This document shows, one piece after another, positions 9,401-19,006 of a stretch of DNA of 64,000 nucleotides; the stretch's first letter is position 1, and each line of letters starts with the position of its first letter. Position numbers and translations under genes: made by a program. This stretch comes from a plasmid: the sequence record NZ_CP049149.1; one strand, 5' to 3'. The notes below the pieces were generated by a model that was not told the origin of the DNA, searched no databases, and saw only the letters and a program-made list of their open reading frames with translations.

Positions 9401-9820
9401 ATGAAGAACGTGAAAAAGCTATATATCGCGGCAAACGCTGCGCTGGACGTAGTTGATAAGGAGATTGCAGAGGGTTATGCGCAGCCAGATTGGGCGCATC
9501 AGTTAAGAGAGGCGATAGCGGAAATGAATACGCCGGAGCCAGCGGAAGATGAAGCTGACTGGCAGCGATTTATTCGAATGTATGCAGAAGAGATTGGCCC
9601 GACTCCTACAGCGGAGCAGGCGATGTTGCTTAAGTACTTTAAAGAAGCTGGCGACGAACTGCCGGTGGACGATACCCCGTACTGGTTTCACGCCGCCTGG
9701 CGAAAAACAGACGTGCTCTTCAGCCGGTCGCTGGGCAGCAAAGACATGGTTGTCTGGCACCTGATGCACATCGATGAGGCCATTGACCGCACGCTGGAGA
9801 AGTTCTTTCAACCAACCTGA
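9401..9820 (+). CDS. hypothetical protein (139 aa)
   Basis: ORF preceded by the AAACAATTTGTTT promoter element. Confidence 0.4.
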   Translation: MKNVKKLYIAANAALDVVDKEIAEGYAQPDWAHQLREAIAEMNTPEPAEDEADWQRFIRMYAEEIGPTPTAEQAMLLKYFKEAGDELPVDDTPYWFHAAWRKTDVLFSRSLGSKDMVVWHLMHIDEAIDRTLEKFFQPT

Positions 9821-9886
9821 ACAGGATGTTGTGCGCCGCATGGCGCACGTTAAAATAGATAATCACTTACCAACAAGGAGGAGCAC

Positions 9887-10162
9887 ATGAGAATTTTGGT
9901 TCGCATCTCAGCCAGTACTGACTATGACGTTTATCCTTTGTTTATGGTTAGGTGCGACGGTTTGAACGACGAAGAGATTCAGGCGGCTATACAGCGAAAC
10001 CTTGTCGAATATACCGGTCAGTCAGCGGAAACTGTGTTTGTGGATGAAGATGGGATCTGCTGGCATGACGGCTGCTGCTGGTACATCGATGAGACAAGAG
10101 CCATCAGCGACGACGATGCTGCCCACCTTGAGCGCATATTGGGCATCAGCACGTTTGACTAA
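9887..10162 (+). CDS. hypothetical protein (91 aa)
   Basis: ORF with a strong RBS (aaggagg). Confidence 0.4.
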   Translation: MRILVRISASTDYDVYPLFMVRCDGLNDEEIQAAIQRNLVEYTGQSAETVFVDEDGICWHDGCCWYIDETRAISDDDAAHLERILGISTFD

Positions 10163-10202
10163 TATTTACAGGTTCATTTGTATAAGTTAGCATTTACCTA
10201 TT

Positions 10203-10382
10203 ATGAGCAATTTAACAAACACCCTTTTACTTATCGTGTCGGTCTCTTTTTTGGTCGACTGTCTTTTCATCGGAGCCATCAGAAAGGCATTAGCCCCTGT
10301 TAATGGCACGGTGGTTAAAATGCTGGCGATCATGCTTGCCTTTGACTCGGCGCTTGATGTAATCAGTGGAGTGGCAGCATGA
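10203..10382 (+). CDS. small hydrophobic membrane peptide (59 aa), not in the ORF track
   Basis: MSNLTNTLLLIVSVSFLVDCLFIGAI... The stop overlaps the start of the next gene (ATGA). Confidence 0.3.
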   Translation: MSNLTNTLLLIVSVSFLVDCLFIGAIRKALAPVNGTVVKMLAIMLAFDSALDVISGVAA

Positions 10383-10717
10383 AAACACGGCTTGCTCTGG
10401 CTGTTTTGCTCTTATCCCATTCCATTTCTGCTGACACTCGCATTTATGAGTGCGAGATGTCTGTGGCCGAAACAAAAAAAGACACGCTGACAAACGTCGT
10501 TAAAGCGCCCTATGGAGCGATGGTTGTGGATAGCGGGGAGCAATTTTACATCGTTCGCGATGACCGCGTTTTGTCCTCTCCTTACCTTACAAGACGCGAC
10601 AACAAACTGACCGGCGTCGGTGAGGACAAGCTTGTTTACAACAAATCAGGTGATAGCTACGGCGTTCACGCAAAGGACGCCAGTTACCTTTTCGATGACT
10701 GCAAGGAGGTTGGTTAA
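10379..10717 (+). CDS. secreted protein with a signal peptide (112 aa)
   Basis: MKTRLALAVLLLSHSISA looks like a signal sequence. Confidence 0.4.
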   Translation: MKTRLALAVLLLSHSISADTRIYECEMSVAETKKDTLTNVVKAPYGAMVVDSGEQFYIVRDDRVLSSPYLTRRDNKLTGVGEDKLVYNKSGDSYGVHAKDASYLFDDCKEVG

Positions 10718-10929
10718 TGGCGATGACACTGACAGGTCTGGAAATCGAAAAAACGAGCGGCTACTGGCGCGCCAAAGGATTCAGAAAGTCCGATGTGATG
10801 GAGCGCCTGGAGCGTGAAGACGGCTTTATAGTCCACCAGCGTCGCGAATGGCGCATGTACGATCCGGAAAGCGGAAAGCTCACATCCAAAGCACAAACCC
10901 TCTGGGGGCTGCTGAAAAAAATCATCTGA
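10717..10929 (+). CDS. hypothetical protein (70 aa)
   Basis: Translationally coupled ORF. Confidence 0.3.
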   Translation: MAMTLTGLEIEKTSGYWRAKGFRKSDVMERLEREDGFIVHQRREWRMYDPESGKLTSKAQTLWGLLKKII

Positions 10930-10989
10930 TCCATTATCCACTATGGGAAGAACCACTTCCCATAGTGGTTATCTTGCCCGTAATAGCAA

Positions 10990-11475
10990 CATCATAGCGC
11001 CTACCGCTGACAGCATACGTTTGTCTAAATTCGCCCCATTTTTACCGCTGACAGCATATCTTTTAGTCGCTCAATTTACCGCTGACAGCATACGTTATGA
11101 CCACAAGACAAGGTTTACCGCTCACAGCATATCCAAACATCACCTCATACCGCTGGCAGCATATCGACGTTTTTCGCCTCTGTGGGCGCTCTATCAGGAC
11201 GAGAAAAACAATCAAGTTAGTGAGTGCAAACCCTTATTTCATGCGGCTTGCGGGGTTAGTGACCACTGGGGAAGTTGTCGCGGGAAATGGGATCGAAGAG
11301 GCGCGCAGACCAGATAACGGCGGGCTAATGAGCAAAATCGCCCGCTGATATCATACATTTTCTAAAAATTACCGCTCACAGCATATCTTTTTGCCGCTGA
11401 CAGCATACTTAATGTGAAAAATACCGCTGACAGCATATCTTGTACCGCTGGTAGCATACGTTTTACCGCTGACAG
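10990..11475. repeat. iteron array downstream of repA (incA-like). Ten copies of a ~19-bp repeat TTACCGCTGACAGCATAYS in two clusters.
   Basis: Repeats read directly at about 10993, 11043, 11078, 11113, 11148, 11367, 11389, 11421, 11443 and 11463. Confidence 0.85.
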
Positions 11476-11479
11476 CATA

Positions 11480-12583
11480 TCAAAGGAGTTTCAGGCTGTT
11501 GGAGAGAATCTCGATCAGCTTGATGTTTTCGGGCGTCAGGTTCTGCGATAACTCGGTGATTTTGTTCACGAGGTTTTGTTTTGCATCGACACCAGAAGAC
11601 GTGCTCTCGACCGGCTTATCCGGAAGCGCGGGCATTTCCTCTTTGACCGAAGAGGCTTTGAGCTTGGGATTGCGGCTGTGGATCTGAATGTAAATCGAGC
11701 GGCCACGCTTAATCTCGCTGTATTCGAGATAGCCCAATTCCTCCAGCGTTTTTAAGCCGTTGCGGATGGTCTGATTCTGCGAGCTGACGTTACGACTACT
11801 CAAATTAAGTCTGGCTCGAAGCCTTGCCAGCGATACTGGTGCCGGTTTGGCTGGAAGACTTTCGATGAACGTATACAGCGCCTGGGCGGTCTCTTTGCGC
11901 GGCAGCTTGTTAATGACTTTTAGCTGGAGCAGCACTTTGTGGTCGAAGCGATAGAGTTCGGCCAGCTTCGGCTCTGCGTGAAAGATGATGGAGTCTTTTT
12001 GCTCGTTGTAATCGACGCTGTTCACCAGGTGAACCATCAGGAGCGAGATTTTGTTCGAGCCGTCGACGTTCTTTTCTTCATACGTGCGCTGGAAAGAGAG
12101 CGTGGTGCGCATGATCTTCAGGAGGCTGTTGGTGAGCCTGTCACGCAGCGTCTTGCGGATCTGCGACGACGGATAGCCGCAGAATTTGGCGAACTTGGTA
12201 ATGCTCAACTCGACGCGGCCACTCGGCTCCCCGTACTCGGCCAGAGAGCGAACGACGCCGACCCACGTTTTAAAATCGTGATCCATATCCAGGCGTGGAC
12301 CTGTTATCTTGATGTCGGAATACCCTTCTGAACGAGCAACCTCCAGCTGAACCAGTTCTTTTGAGGCGTCGATCTCATTAGGTCTGTTCCGCTTGCTGTT
12401 CTTTGTTCCCTTTAGCGTGGGCACGAACAAACCAAGCCTCATCAACGCTATAGGCTGAACAGTATTGTTGCTGTTTGGAACAAGATCGCCTGTGTATAGT
12501 TCGAGGGATTCTTCTTCAAAATTATCTATACTGTCGTCTAACACATTGTTTTTGGTTTCTTTTTTCTTTCGAGTGGGCATGTT
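11480..12583 (-). CDS. repA: plasmid-type replication initiator RepA (iteron-binding)
   Basis: Flanked on both sides by iterons. Size about 367 aa. Genomic architecture is identical to the P1/F-type replicon. The start is taken at MPTRKKKE. Confidence 0.7.
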   Translation of the reverse strand, partial: NMPTRKKKETKNNVLDDSIDNFEEESLELYTGDLVPNSNNTVQPIALMRLGLFVPTLKGTKNSKRNRPNEIDASKELVQLEVARSEGYSDIKITGPRLDMDHDFKTWVGVVRSLAEYGEPSGRVELSITKFAKFCGYPSSQIRKTLRDRLTNSLLKIMRTTLSFQRTYEEKNVDGSNKISLLMVHLVNSVDYNEQKDSIIFHAEPKLAELYRFDHKVLLQLKVINKLPRKETAQALYTFIESLPAKPAPVSLARLRARLNLSSRNVSSQNQTIRNGLKTLEELGYLEYSEIKRGRSIYIQIHSRNPKLKASSVKEEMPALPDKPVESTSSGVDAKQNLVNKITELSQNLTPENIKLIEILSNSLKLL

Positions 12584-12595
12584 GACACCTTTCCG

Positions 12596-12705
12596 CTTCC
12601 AACCGCTGACAGCATACGTTATTTGCCGTTGGCAGCATACCAAAAACAGATGGCAGCATATCGCTTACCGCTGACAGCATATCGCTTACCGCTGACAGCA
12701 TACGC
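12596..12705. repeat. iteron array upstream of repA (incC/origin-like), five copies
   Basis: Same CCGCTGACAGCATA core at 12601, 12624, 12644 (partial), 12664 and 12685. Confidence 0.85.
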
Positions 12706-12740
12706 GAATACCCGTTGAGGCCAGGCGTGGCGCGGTCTGC

Positions 12741-12815
12741 GAGGATCGGGGATCTCTTTTGATCTATATAGGGATCTATACGGGATCTAATTAATAGGAT
12801 CTACCCTGTGGATAA
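12741..12815. promoter_or_regulatory. origin-associated GATC cluster (6 GATC, GGATCTA heptamers) plus a DnaA box TGTGGATAA (12807-12815)
   Basis: gaggatcggggatctcttttgatctatatagggatctatacgggatctaattaataggatctaccctgtggataa read directly. Confidence 0.7.
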
Positions 12816-12902
12816 TGTGAATAACTAAAACAGGCGTTTGCGAACATTGCCGTACTTCATGCGCTATGTTTGCGGCGAGCAACAATAACGTGAATTAAGA
12901 AT

Positions 12903-13547
12903 ATGGATCTAAAACGCACACGCTGGGTACGCCGCCTTGAGGATGGCTCCTACACCATTGAGTCAAACACCAACCTGAACAAGCAGAAGCTCCTCTGTGA
13001 ACTGTGTGGCATTGCTTCCAAATGTCCGATTAACGAAGCGCGCATAAAACTACATGAGGCAGGCGCCCACTTTCACCTGAATAGCTGCATCAGATACGTG
13101 CCTCTGCTGGCATTTCGCAAACCGATCATCGGATTAGACGCGCCCTACTTCAACACGCTGCGCTCTGGCGTGACATGGCGAGACCGCGTCGAACCAGGAA
13201 AGCTTGTTTGTCTGGTGGAGGCTGATACTGGAAAGATCATCCGGTTTGGCAAAGTGGACAAGGTCTATTCCGGGCCGGTGGATGAGATGCTGCGTAAACA
13301 CAGCCGGTTCAACCATCTGTGTATGGGCGGAGAGAAGATCGAGAAGGTGAGCGAAGTTATCCGCAAATCTTACGGACACTTTCTCAAAGACGACAGCCTG
13401 CTGACGGCCATTTACGTCAAACACCTCGACCGGGAGTTCGACACCGAATATCACAGCGAGGAAGAGCTACATCTCGTTGACCCACGTCCAAAAGCAGGGG
13501 TGATCGACATCAACATAGCGCGTCAGAAGCCCTCAGAGACGATTTAA
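12903..13547 (+). CDS. hypothetical protein (214 aa)
   Basis: ORF. No motif recognised. Confidence 0.4.
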   Translation: MDLKRTRWVRRLEDGSYTIESNTNLNKQKLLCELCGIASKCPINEARIKLHEAGAHFHLNSCIRYVPLLAFRKPIIGLDAPYFNTLRSGVTWRDRVEPGKLVCLVEADTGKIIRFGKVDKVYSGPVDEMLRKHSRFNHLCMGGEKIEKVSEVIRKSYGHFLKDDSLLTAIYVKHLDREFDTEYHSEEELHLVDPRPKAGVIDINIARQKPSETI

Positions 13548-14178
13548 TTACAAAGCCATGTCTTTGGGTGGCAAGAAAACATCGCGTCTCACAGAAGCGT
13601 TTAGCGCTACGGGAATTTGAAACGGGAGCAACCCATACGGGTTGCCCTGAAACTTTAATCGCAGGTGGTTTTGCCAGTTCCATCGGGATAGGTGATGGCT
13701 TCACAAGATTTGCCATTAAAAAGCTGTAGCTCCGAATCGTTCCGTCAGGGTCTCTTTCCGTATAGGACTCCAGTTTTTTCGGATCAGCGTTCCTGCGGCG
13801 CGCTTCTTTCAGTCTGTATTGTGCCTTGTACATCTCCTTGTAGGCTTGTTCTGTGCGCTTCATCTTGATCTCATATGCCTCTTTACTGCCGAGATAAGCG
13901 GCCATTTCGAGGTCACAGTTGAAGCTAATTTTTGGATCTGGTGAGGCATATTTGCCCAGCACTTCCTTTAAGTCATTGTCGTTAGAGACAAAGTAGGCAT
14001 GGCTTCCACACAATTTGTCGGCTCTGTCCTGGGCAATGGCGACGCTTGAAGTGGAATAAATATCGACATTGCCACCAATGTACTTCTGATCTTTCGGTGG
14101 TGTGGACGCGCACCCAGCCAACCCGATTGCCAGTGTCGCCAAAATCACGCGTTTCATTGTTCTTCTCCTTGTTTCCAT
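13510..14178 (-). CDS. lipoprotein (signal peptide with lipobox LAGC)
   Basis: MKRVILATLAIGLAGCAS... The 3' end overlaps a neighbouring ORF and is uncertain. Confidence 0.5.
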   Translation of the reverse strand: METRRRTMKRVILATLAIGLAGCASTPPKDQKYIGGNVDIYSTSSVAIAQDRADKLCGSHAYFVSNDNDLKEVLGKYASPDPKISFNCDLEMAAYLGSKEAYEIKMKRTEQAYKEMYKAQYRLKEARRRNADPKKLESYTERDPDGTIRSYSFLMANLVKPSPIPMELAKPPAIKVSGQPVWVAPVSNSRSAKRFCETRCFLATQRHGFVIKSSLRASDALC

Positions 14179-14382
14179 CAGCTTTGCTGAATGGCTGCGA
14201 TTATAGAGTGCGCTTTAACGGATATGAATGTTTGATACCATGTAAAAATAGGTATGTAATTACTTATATCTTTTGCGATAATCATGCGCCTATACATTTC
14301 CTTATGTGCCGTGCTGACCAGATTGTTCGCCTCTCAAGCACGCTTAGAATTTGTATCAAAACAACCACAAAGGAAAAGACAC

Positions 14383-15468
14383 ATGACTGTTCCATACGGG
14401 GTGATTTCAGATCCCCATTATCATCGTTGGGATGCTTTTGCGACAACTAACTCTGACGGTCTGAACTCCAGACTGGAGATTCAACTCGACGCAACCAAAG
14501 AAGCGGCGAGAGCCATGAAAGCGGCAGGATGCCAGTACATGCTGGTGGCTGGCGACACGTTCCATGTACGAGGCGCAGTATCACCTTCCGTTCTGCACTT
14601 TGTCACAGAAACCTACGAGTGGATCATCAAAGAGCTTGGCCTTGAAGTGGCTATGCTGGCCGGGAACCACGACCTCGAAACTAACGACTCTGTCTACAGC
14701 GCCAACGCTGCGGCGTCGTTGCGCTCGATTGGCGTGGAGATCGTCTGCGGCAAGCGTGCCCACTCCATCAAAATGGGTGACGTTACCGTTCATATGATGA
14801 GCTGGCGCAACAACCACGCGGAGCTTATCAGCGACCTCAAGACACTGCGTTCCGGGCTGTCTGGCGACAAGCATGACGTTGTAGTGCATACCTCGATCAA
14901 CAAAGCAATCCCAACGATGCCAGATGTGGGCATCGATGCGCAGGAGCTGAAAGACATTGGCTTCCGCCTGCTCTTGTCTGGCCATTACCACAATCACAAA
15001 GAAGTGCTGCCGGGTGTGGTGAGCATCGGCGCTCTGACACATCAGAATTGGGGCGATGTGGGGTCGCTGGCCGGTTTCATGATCGTGAACCCAGACGGCA
15101 CTTTCACCCACCACGAAACCTCGGCGCCCAAGTTCGTGAACCTGGAAGACGACGTCGACGATTCGCTGATCCGCGGCAACTACGTGCGCTTCCGCGCCGT
15201 CGTCGAAAGTGATGAAGAAGGCATCAAAATCCAGAACGTCCTTAAAACGATGGGAGCCAAAGGCGTCGTATGCAACTTCATCCGCAAGGCCTCAATGATG
15301 GAAGGCACTGCCAGCACCGCAGAGACCAGCAAGATTGACAGCCTGGGCGAGTCCGTTGCGGCCTACTGCAAGATCGTCCACGACACAGACGGCGGCTTCG
15401 ACCTGAGCAAACTGGACATGTTGTGTCAGGAAATCCTGACCGAAGCAGAGAGTGCGGAGGCAGTGTGA
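14383..15468 (+). CDS. sbcD: SbcD/Mre11-family nuclease (T4 gp47-like)
   Basis: Calcineurin-like phosphoesterase motifs DPHYH, GDTFH and GNHD. Followed by a Rad50-like gene. Confidence 0.75.
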   Translation: MTVPYGVISDPHYHRWDAFATTNSDGLNSRLEIQLDATKEAARAMKAAGCQYMLVAGDTFHVRGAVSPSVLHFVTETYEWIIKELGLEVAMLAGNHDLETNDSVYSANAAASLRSIGVEIVCGKRAHSIKMGDVTVHMMSWRNNHAELISDLKTLRSGLSGDKHDVVVHTSINKAIPTMPDVGIDAQELKDIGFRLLLSGHYHNHKEVLPGVVSIGALTHQNWGDVGSLAGFMIVNPDGTFTHHETSAPKFVNLEDDVDDSLIRGNYVRFRAVVESDEEGIKIQNVLKTMGAKGVVCNFIRKASMMEGTASTAETSKIDSLGESVAAYCKIVHDTDGGFDLSKLDMLCQEILTEAESAEAV

Positions 15469-15701
15469 TGACGACCGGTTCTGCGGGCTTTTACGACTAT
15501 GCGAGCGCAATGGAGAGGCTTGCTCGTGGGCAGACCGTGATGGTTCACAAGCCCTACCCGTCTGGTGGGAATCCCCTGGCGTTTTATCTGGGAAGACTGA
15601 CAGAACAAGGTGTGTTGAAGCGCCAGTCTTTTCCGGCTCACACAGAGTTCAGATTACAAAAAGGTCAAAAACTGACGCGTAAGATCAGAGGCGTTAAATG
15701 A
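15469..15701 (+). CDS. hypothetical protein (77 aa) between sbcD and sbcC
   Basis: ATGA-coupled at both ends. Confidence 0.35.
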
Positions 15702-17614
15702 AATTTTTAAAGCTCACCGTTGAGAATTTTATGGCGCTGGCCATCGCCGAAGTCGAACTGGATCAGCGCGGGCTGGTGCTCATCCAGGGCGTTAACAGCG
15801 GCGACTCTTCCGCAGCCAGCAATGGCGCGGGCAAATCGACCCTGATGAACAGCTTGATGTGGTGTCTTTATGGCGAAACAGCGCATGGCGTAAAGGGTGA
15901 CGATGTGCTGTCGACGGGGCATGAGAAAAACTGTCGAGTCATGGTCACAATCGAAGACGAGGGTAAGCGTTACGCCATCATTCGTCATCGCAAACACAAA
16001 GAGTTCAAAAACCGGCTGATCGTGCGTGGCGAAGACGGCGACATGACCAAAGGCAAGGATACGCTGACGCAGGAGTTTGTAGAGCGTCTGATTGGCGCGT
16101 CAAAAGAGGTCTTCATGGCTTCCATATACGCCAGTCAGGAAGCCATGCCAGATCTGCCAGGCATGTCCGATAAAAACCTCAAAACCATCGTGGAGGAAGC
16201 TGCTGGTGTCGACCGCCTGACTCGGGCCTATGCCATCGCTCGCGAACGTGCCAACGCGGCCGCAGCGCGCATGGACGTCACCAAATCCAAAATGGATGCC
16301 TGTCTCACACTTATTGAGACGGCGCAGGCGGAAATTGAATCTGCCAAAACCTCATCTGAAAGCTGGGAGCGTGAGCGTGGCGAACGTCTGGATAAGGCTC
16401 GCGTCGACTTGGCCGGTGCGGAAGTCACGCTGGCCGAGGTCGTGATGGAAATGCGCACGCTGCCAGAGCAAATTCGCGATACAGAAAACGCTATCGCCAC
16501 CGAACGAGAGAAGCTGGCCTCTAAAGAAGAGCATGATGCGAAGCTACTGAAGGTGCGTGGCGCTGTCACTGAGATCCGCGCCAATATCCGCACAGCAGAG
16601 GCCGCACAAAATGACGCCATGAGTCGTGCTCGTGCATTCAAAACCAAAGCGGAGGAGGTTAACACCAAAGTTGGAGCGCCCTGCTCTACGTGTGGCAAAC
16701 CTTACTGCGAAGAAGATTTATCAACCGTGAAGGAGGGGTTAATTGAACAGGCTCGCAATGAGATCAGCCAGGCGCAGGCATTTGCAACGGCAGTGGCTCA
16801 ACACAAAACGCGTCTTGAAAAGGCGCTCGGAATCGAATCCGCTCTTGTCGCAGCAACCCCCGACGTGTCTGCCATCATTGCCAAAATCGAACGACTGACA
16901 AATGAGCTGAGTGCATTACGCCATCGCGAACGCGAACTGTCGGCTGTTGAAGCGCTGGTCGCGAGAGCGCGCAATGAGGTCAATCGCATTATCGCTGAAG
17001 CCAACCCATTCATTGCGGTCATTAAACGCCATGAAGAGAACCTGGCTGCCAATAAATCTAATTATGCAGTACTTAAAACTGAGTTAAATAATATTCAGGA
17101 GCAGGCTTTGCTGTTAGAGAAAGCTCGCCAGGTTTACTCACCAGCTGGCGTTCGCTCTCACATCCTGACCTCCGTCACGCCTTTCCTGAACGTCAGGACA
17201 GCGGAATACCTCAACACGCTTTCAGACGGCAATATCGTGGCTGAATGGTCAACGATGGAGACAACCAAGAAAGGTGAATATCGCGACAAGTTCAATATCA
17301 GCGTGACGAAAACAGGTTCCAGCAAATCCTTCCAGACACTATCAGGTGGCGAAAAACGTAAGGTGCGCATTGCGTGCTCGCTGGCTCTGCAAGATCTGGT
17401 TGCCAGTCGCGCGAGCAAGAGCATAGAGCTGTTTATCGGCGACGAGATCGACGACGCGCTCGATACAGCGGGGCTGGAGCGTCTCATGGGGATTCTGGAG
17501 TCCAAAGCGCGCGAGCGCGGCACAGTCATGATTATCTCGCACAAAGAGATGAAGTCCTGGTTCCGGGAAACCATTACTGTCGAAGTGAAAGAGGGGCGCA
17601 GCTATGTCGTTTAA
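15698..17614 (+). CDS. sbcC: SbcC/Rad50-family ATPase (T4 gp46-like)
   Basis: Walker A GAGKSTL. Long coiled coil with a CxxC zinc hook (GAPCSTCGKPYC). Signature LSGGEKRKV. Walker B LFIGDEIDDALD. Confidence 0.8.
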   Translation: MKFLKLTVENFMALAIAEVELDQRGLVLIQGVNSGDSSAASNGAGKSTLMNSLMWCLYGETAHGVKGDDVLSTGHEKNCRVMVTIEDEGKRYAIIRHRKHKEFKNRLIVRGEDGDMTKGKDTLTQEFVERLIGASKEVFMASIYASQEAMPDLPGMSDKNLKTIVEEAAGVDRLTRAYAIARERANAAAARMDVTKSKMDACLTLIETAQAEIESAKTSSESWERERGERLDKARVDLAGAEVTLAEVVMEMRTLPEQIRDTENAIATEREKLASKEEHDAKLLKVRGAVTEIRANIRTAEAAQNDAMSRARAFKTKAEEVNTKVGAPCSTCGKPYCEEDLSTVKEGLIEQARNEISQAQAFATAVAQHKTRLEKALGIESALVAATPDVSAIIAKIERLTNELSALRHRERELSAVEALVARARNEVNRIIAEANPFIAVIKRHEENLAANKSNYAVLKTELNNIQEQALLLEKARQVYSPAGVRSHILTSVTPFLNVRTAEYLNTLSDGNIVAEWSTMETTKKGEYRDKFNISVTKTGSSKSFQTLSGGEKRKVRIACSLALQDLVASRASKSIELFIGDEIDDALDTAGLERLMGILESKARERGTVMIISHKEMKSWFRETITVEVKEGRSYVV

Positions 17615-18350
17615 TCTGAGCCGCTCGCAGTTCCTGCAAATGTTCGCTGTGATGCAGTCGATTAAGCTGATAAACAGCCACACCGCGATAAACAGGCCGC
17701 TGGGGCTTTGCTGGCAAAACAGCAATATCAGTGAAGAGCAGTTCTCGGCACTGGTAGATCTGCTGTCGAGAACGCCGGTGATGCCAAATCTTGATGAGCT
17801 GCCGTCAGGAAGCACAGCCCCAATCCTCATCAACCCATTCGCGGAAGGTGGATACCTTCCGCACACAGGGCCAGGTTTTGTGGTTATCCCTGAAACTGAT
17901 GGTCTGAACATCACAGAGAATGCGCTCTTCGGGGCGATAGCGGCGCACATTAGCACTGCCTTCGCCAACATGACACGTTACGTCAATATGCGCGCAACGC
18001 ACATCACCATGCCTGGTGAGGCGTTTTCCAGCTTCGACATTGAGCTGGACACCTCTCACCCTGTAGTGGGGAGCGCCAGGCTATGTTTTGGCTGTGAGGA
18101 TGGCAGTGTCGCAGCGGTGGAAGTTGTGCTGCCCTATGTGTTTCAAGCGAACAAAGAGGATGCGCGCCAGCTCATCGATATCATGCGCCATTTTATCGGG
18201 CAGAGCATGATCGACTCTGATATTGCTGCCGGTGTGCTGACCAGTGACAGCGTTAGTGTGATGGGTGGTGTTTATGAGCCTGTTCGTCGTGAACCGGTAA
18301 AGACTCTTGAGCAGAAGTTAATGGAATGCCCTATGTGGGCAACATGGTAA
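17604..18350 (+). CDS. hypothetical protein (248 aa)
   Basis: ORF overlapping the sbcC stop. Confidence 0.4.
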   Translation: MSFNLSRSQFLQMFAVMQSIKLINSHTAINRPLGLCWQNSNISEEQFSALVDLLSRTPVMPNLDELPSGSTAPILINPFAEGGYLPHTGPGFVVIPETDGLNITENALFGAIAAHISTAFANMTRYVNMRATHITMPGEAFSSFDIELDTSHPVVGSARLCFGCEDGSVAAVEVVLPYVFQANKEDARQLIDIMRHFIGQSMIDSDIAAGVLTSDSVSVMGGVYEPVRREPVKTLEQKLMECPMWATW

Positions 18351-18359
18351 GGAGACTAA

Positions 18360-18929
18360 ATGAGTAAAGTGATTCGCGTGGTCGGTGTCGACCCGTCAAT
18401 GAGCAACTTCGGCCTGGCGGTTGGCACGCTGGATCTGGAAACAGACAAGCTCAACATTCACGGCCTGACGCTGGTAGAAACCAAAGCTGGCGGCAACAAA
18501 AAGACCGTTCGCGTTAACAGTGACGATCTGCGCCGCGCCAATGAAATCTGGCGCACAGCCAAGCCCATCATTGAGCAGGCGCATATGGTGTTCTGTGAGC
18601 TGCCGGTTGGCAGTCAATCCTCGCGCGCCCAGACCTCATACGGTGTCTGTATTGGCGTGCTGGCGTGCGTGGATAAGCCGCTGATTCAGGTTACGCCAAA
18701 CGAGATCAAGCACTACGTGGGCAACAAGCTGACCACGTCTAAAGAGGAAATCATTCAGTGGGCGGTTCAGCAGCAGCCAGACGCCCCGTGGCTCCGCAGA
18801 AAGCAATCTGGCAGGGATGTCATGGTCGCCAAAAACGAACATCTTGCGGATGCCGTCGCTGCGATCTACACCGGTATGCAGACCGATCAGTTTCGTCAGG
18901 TTCGTGATGTTCTCTCCGGCATTTTATAA
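18360..18929 (+). CDS. RuvC-like Holliday junction resolvase (RNase H fold)
   Basis: N-terminal VIRVVGVDPSMSNFGLAV resembles RuvC ILGIDPGSRVTGYGV. Size 189 aa. Confidence 0.5.
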   Translation: MSKVIRVVGVDPSMSNFGLAVGTLDLETDKLNIHGLTLVETKAGGNKKTVRVNSDDLRRANEIWRTAKPIIEQAHMVFCELPVGSQSSRAQTSYGVCIGVLACVDKPLIQVTPNEIKHYVGNKLTTSKEEIIQWAVQQQPDAPWLRRKQSGRDVMVAKNEHLADAVAAIYTGMQTDQFRQVRDVLSGIL

Positions 18930-18966
18930 GTCCGATATTGATAGATAAGTGCTTATCTAATAACAT

Positions 18967-18998
18967 TAAGCCACTACATATAGTGGCTTTTTTTTTTG
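18967..18998 (+). terminator. rho-independent terminator (gccactacatatagtggc followed by T10)
   Basis: Perfect hairpin plus T-run. Confidence 0.7.
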
Positions 18999-19006
18999 GA
19001 GGACAC

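Noticed and set aside
10943-11317. 124-aa ORF in the ORF track
   Set aside because: It is composed of iteron repeats (the periodic LTAYL... translation). It is a noncoding repeat array.
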